A DNA stretch of 63,955 nt, the filler included, from Stramenopiles sp. TOSAG23-6 (Eukaryota), in NCBI GenBank assembly GCA_900128565.1. It is 7 parts of 7 records of this genome, joined end to end, with 100 filler letters (N's around TTAATTAATTAA, not from the genome) between each part and the next. Parts side by side here need not be neighbours in the genome. Positions count along the whole stretch, not along the records: positions 62,584 to 63,955 come from LT639153.1; 6 more parts are not named here. One strand, written 5' to 3'. The translations under genes and the position numbers were made by a program. Each line of letters starts with the position of its first letter. Position 1 is the stretch's first letter. This document shows, piece by piece, positions 63,922 through 63,955 of the stretch. Under the pieces are notes generated by a model that was not told the origin of the DNA, searched no databases, and saw nothing but the letters and a program-made list of their open reading frames with translations.

Positions 63922-63955
63922 GTTAGGTATGAAATTTCGTATGAAAAAAAAAATT

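Larger units (their letters stand above)
1..63955. mobile_element. Dispersed family of Introner-like repeated introns (>40 copies by eye), almost always sense to the host gene
   Basis: Recurrent core CGTACGAAATTTTGTACCTAAC or its reverse complement (e.g. ~280, 1010, 1315, 4640, 5320, 9840, 10110, 11435, 21260, 27430, 35075, 43170, 45035, 53895, 59335, 63315). Shared 5' GTAYGTTTT and 3' TTTTC..AATAY-NN ends. Removing a copy restores conserved reading frames. Confidence 0.9.

Noticed and set aside
1-63955. CRISPR array or bacterial REP elements, suggested by the repeated palindromic 22-mer
   Set aside because: Copies are dispersed inside eukaryotic genes, not regularly spaced, and no cas genes are present.
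1-63955. Alternative genetic code or programmed frameshifting as the cause of ORF breaks
   Set aside because: Long intronless genes translate cleanly with the standard code, TAA/TAG/TGA all terminate genes, and the breaks coincide with the repeat elements.

Overview
AT-rich nuclear DNA from a flagellated microbial eukaryote (IFT140, two kinesins, Rab7, RPL17, PAH; a stramenopile-like protist is my guess, not established). The window is about seven separate ~10.3-kb contigs joined by N-TTAATTAATTAA-N linkers, so gene order across linkers means nothing. About 38 protein-coding genes or fragments and one likely intronic C/D snoRNA are recognisable. The main signal is the intron system. More than 40 copies (counted by eye) of a related ~90-190-nt intron share a 5' end GTAYGTTTT, a quasi-palindromic core followed by a branch-like box (CGTACGAAATTTTGTACCTAAC) and a 3' box TTTTC(A/C)(A/C)AATAY-NN. 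Rebuilding conserved motifs (PLD HxK, PAH, Rab7 P-loop, IIYASRTHSQL, ankyrin TPLH, DEDDh exonuclease) forces these introns to end mostly in AT, and also in GG, CT, AA and GT; only a minority end in AG, and nearby AGs are skipped. A Rab7 intron without the repeat core, at a position I recall as ancestral, also ends in AT. This points to an Introner-like invasion together with AG-independent 3' splice-site definition. Splicing is inferred from DNA only and needs RNA confirmation.
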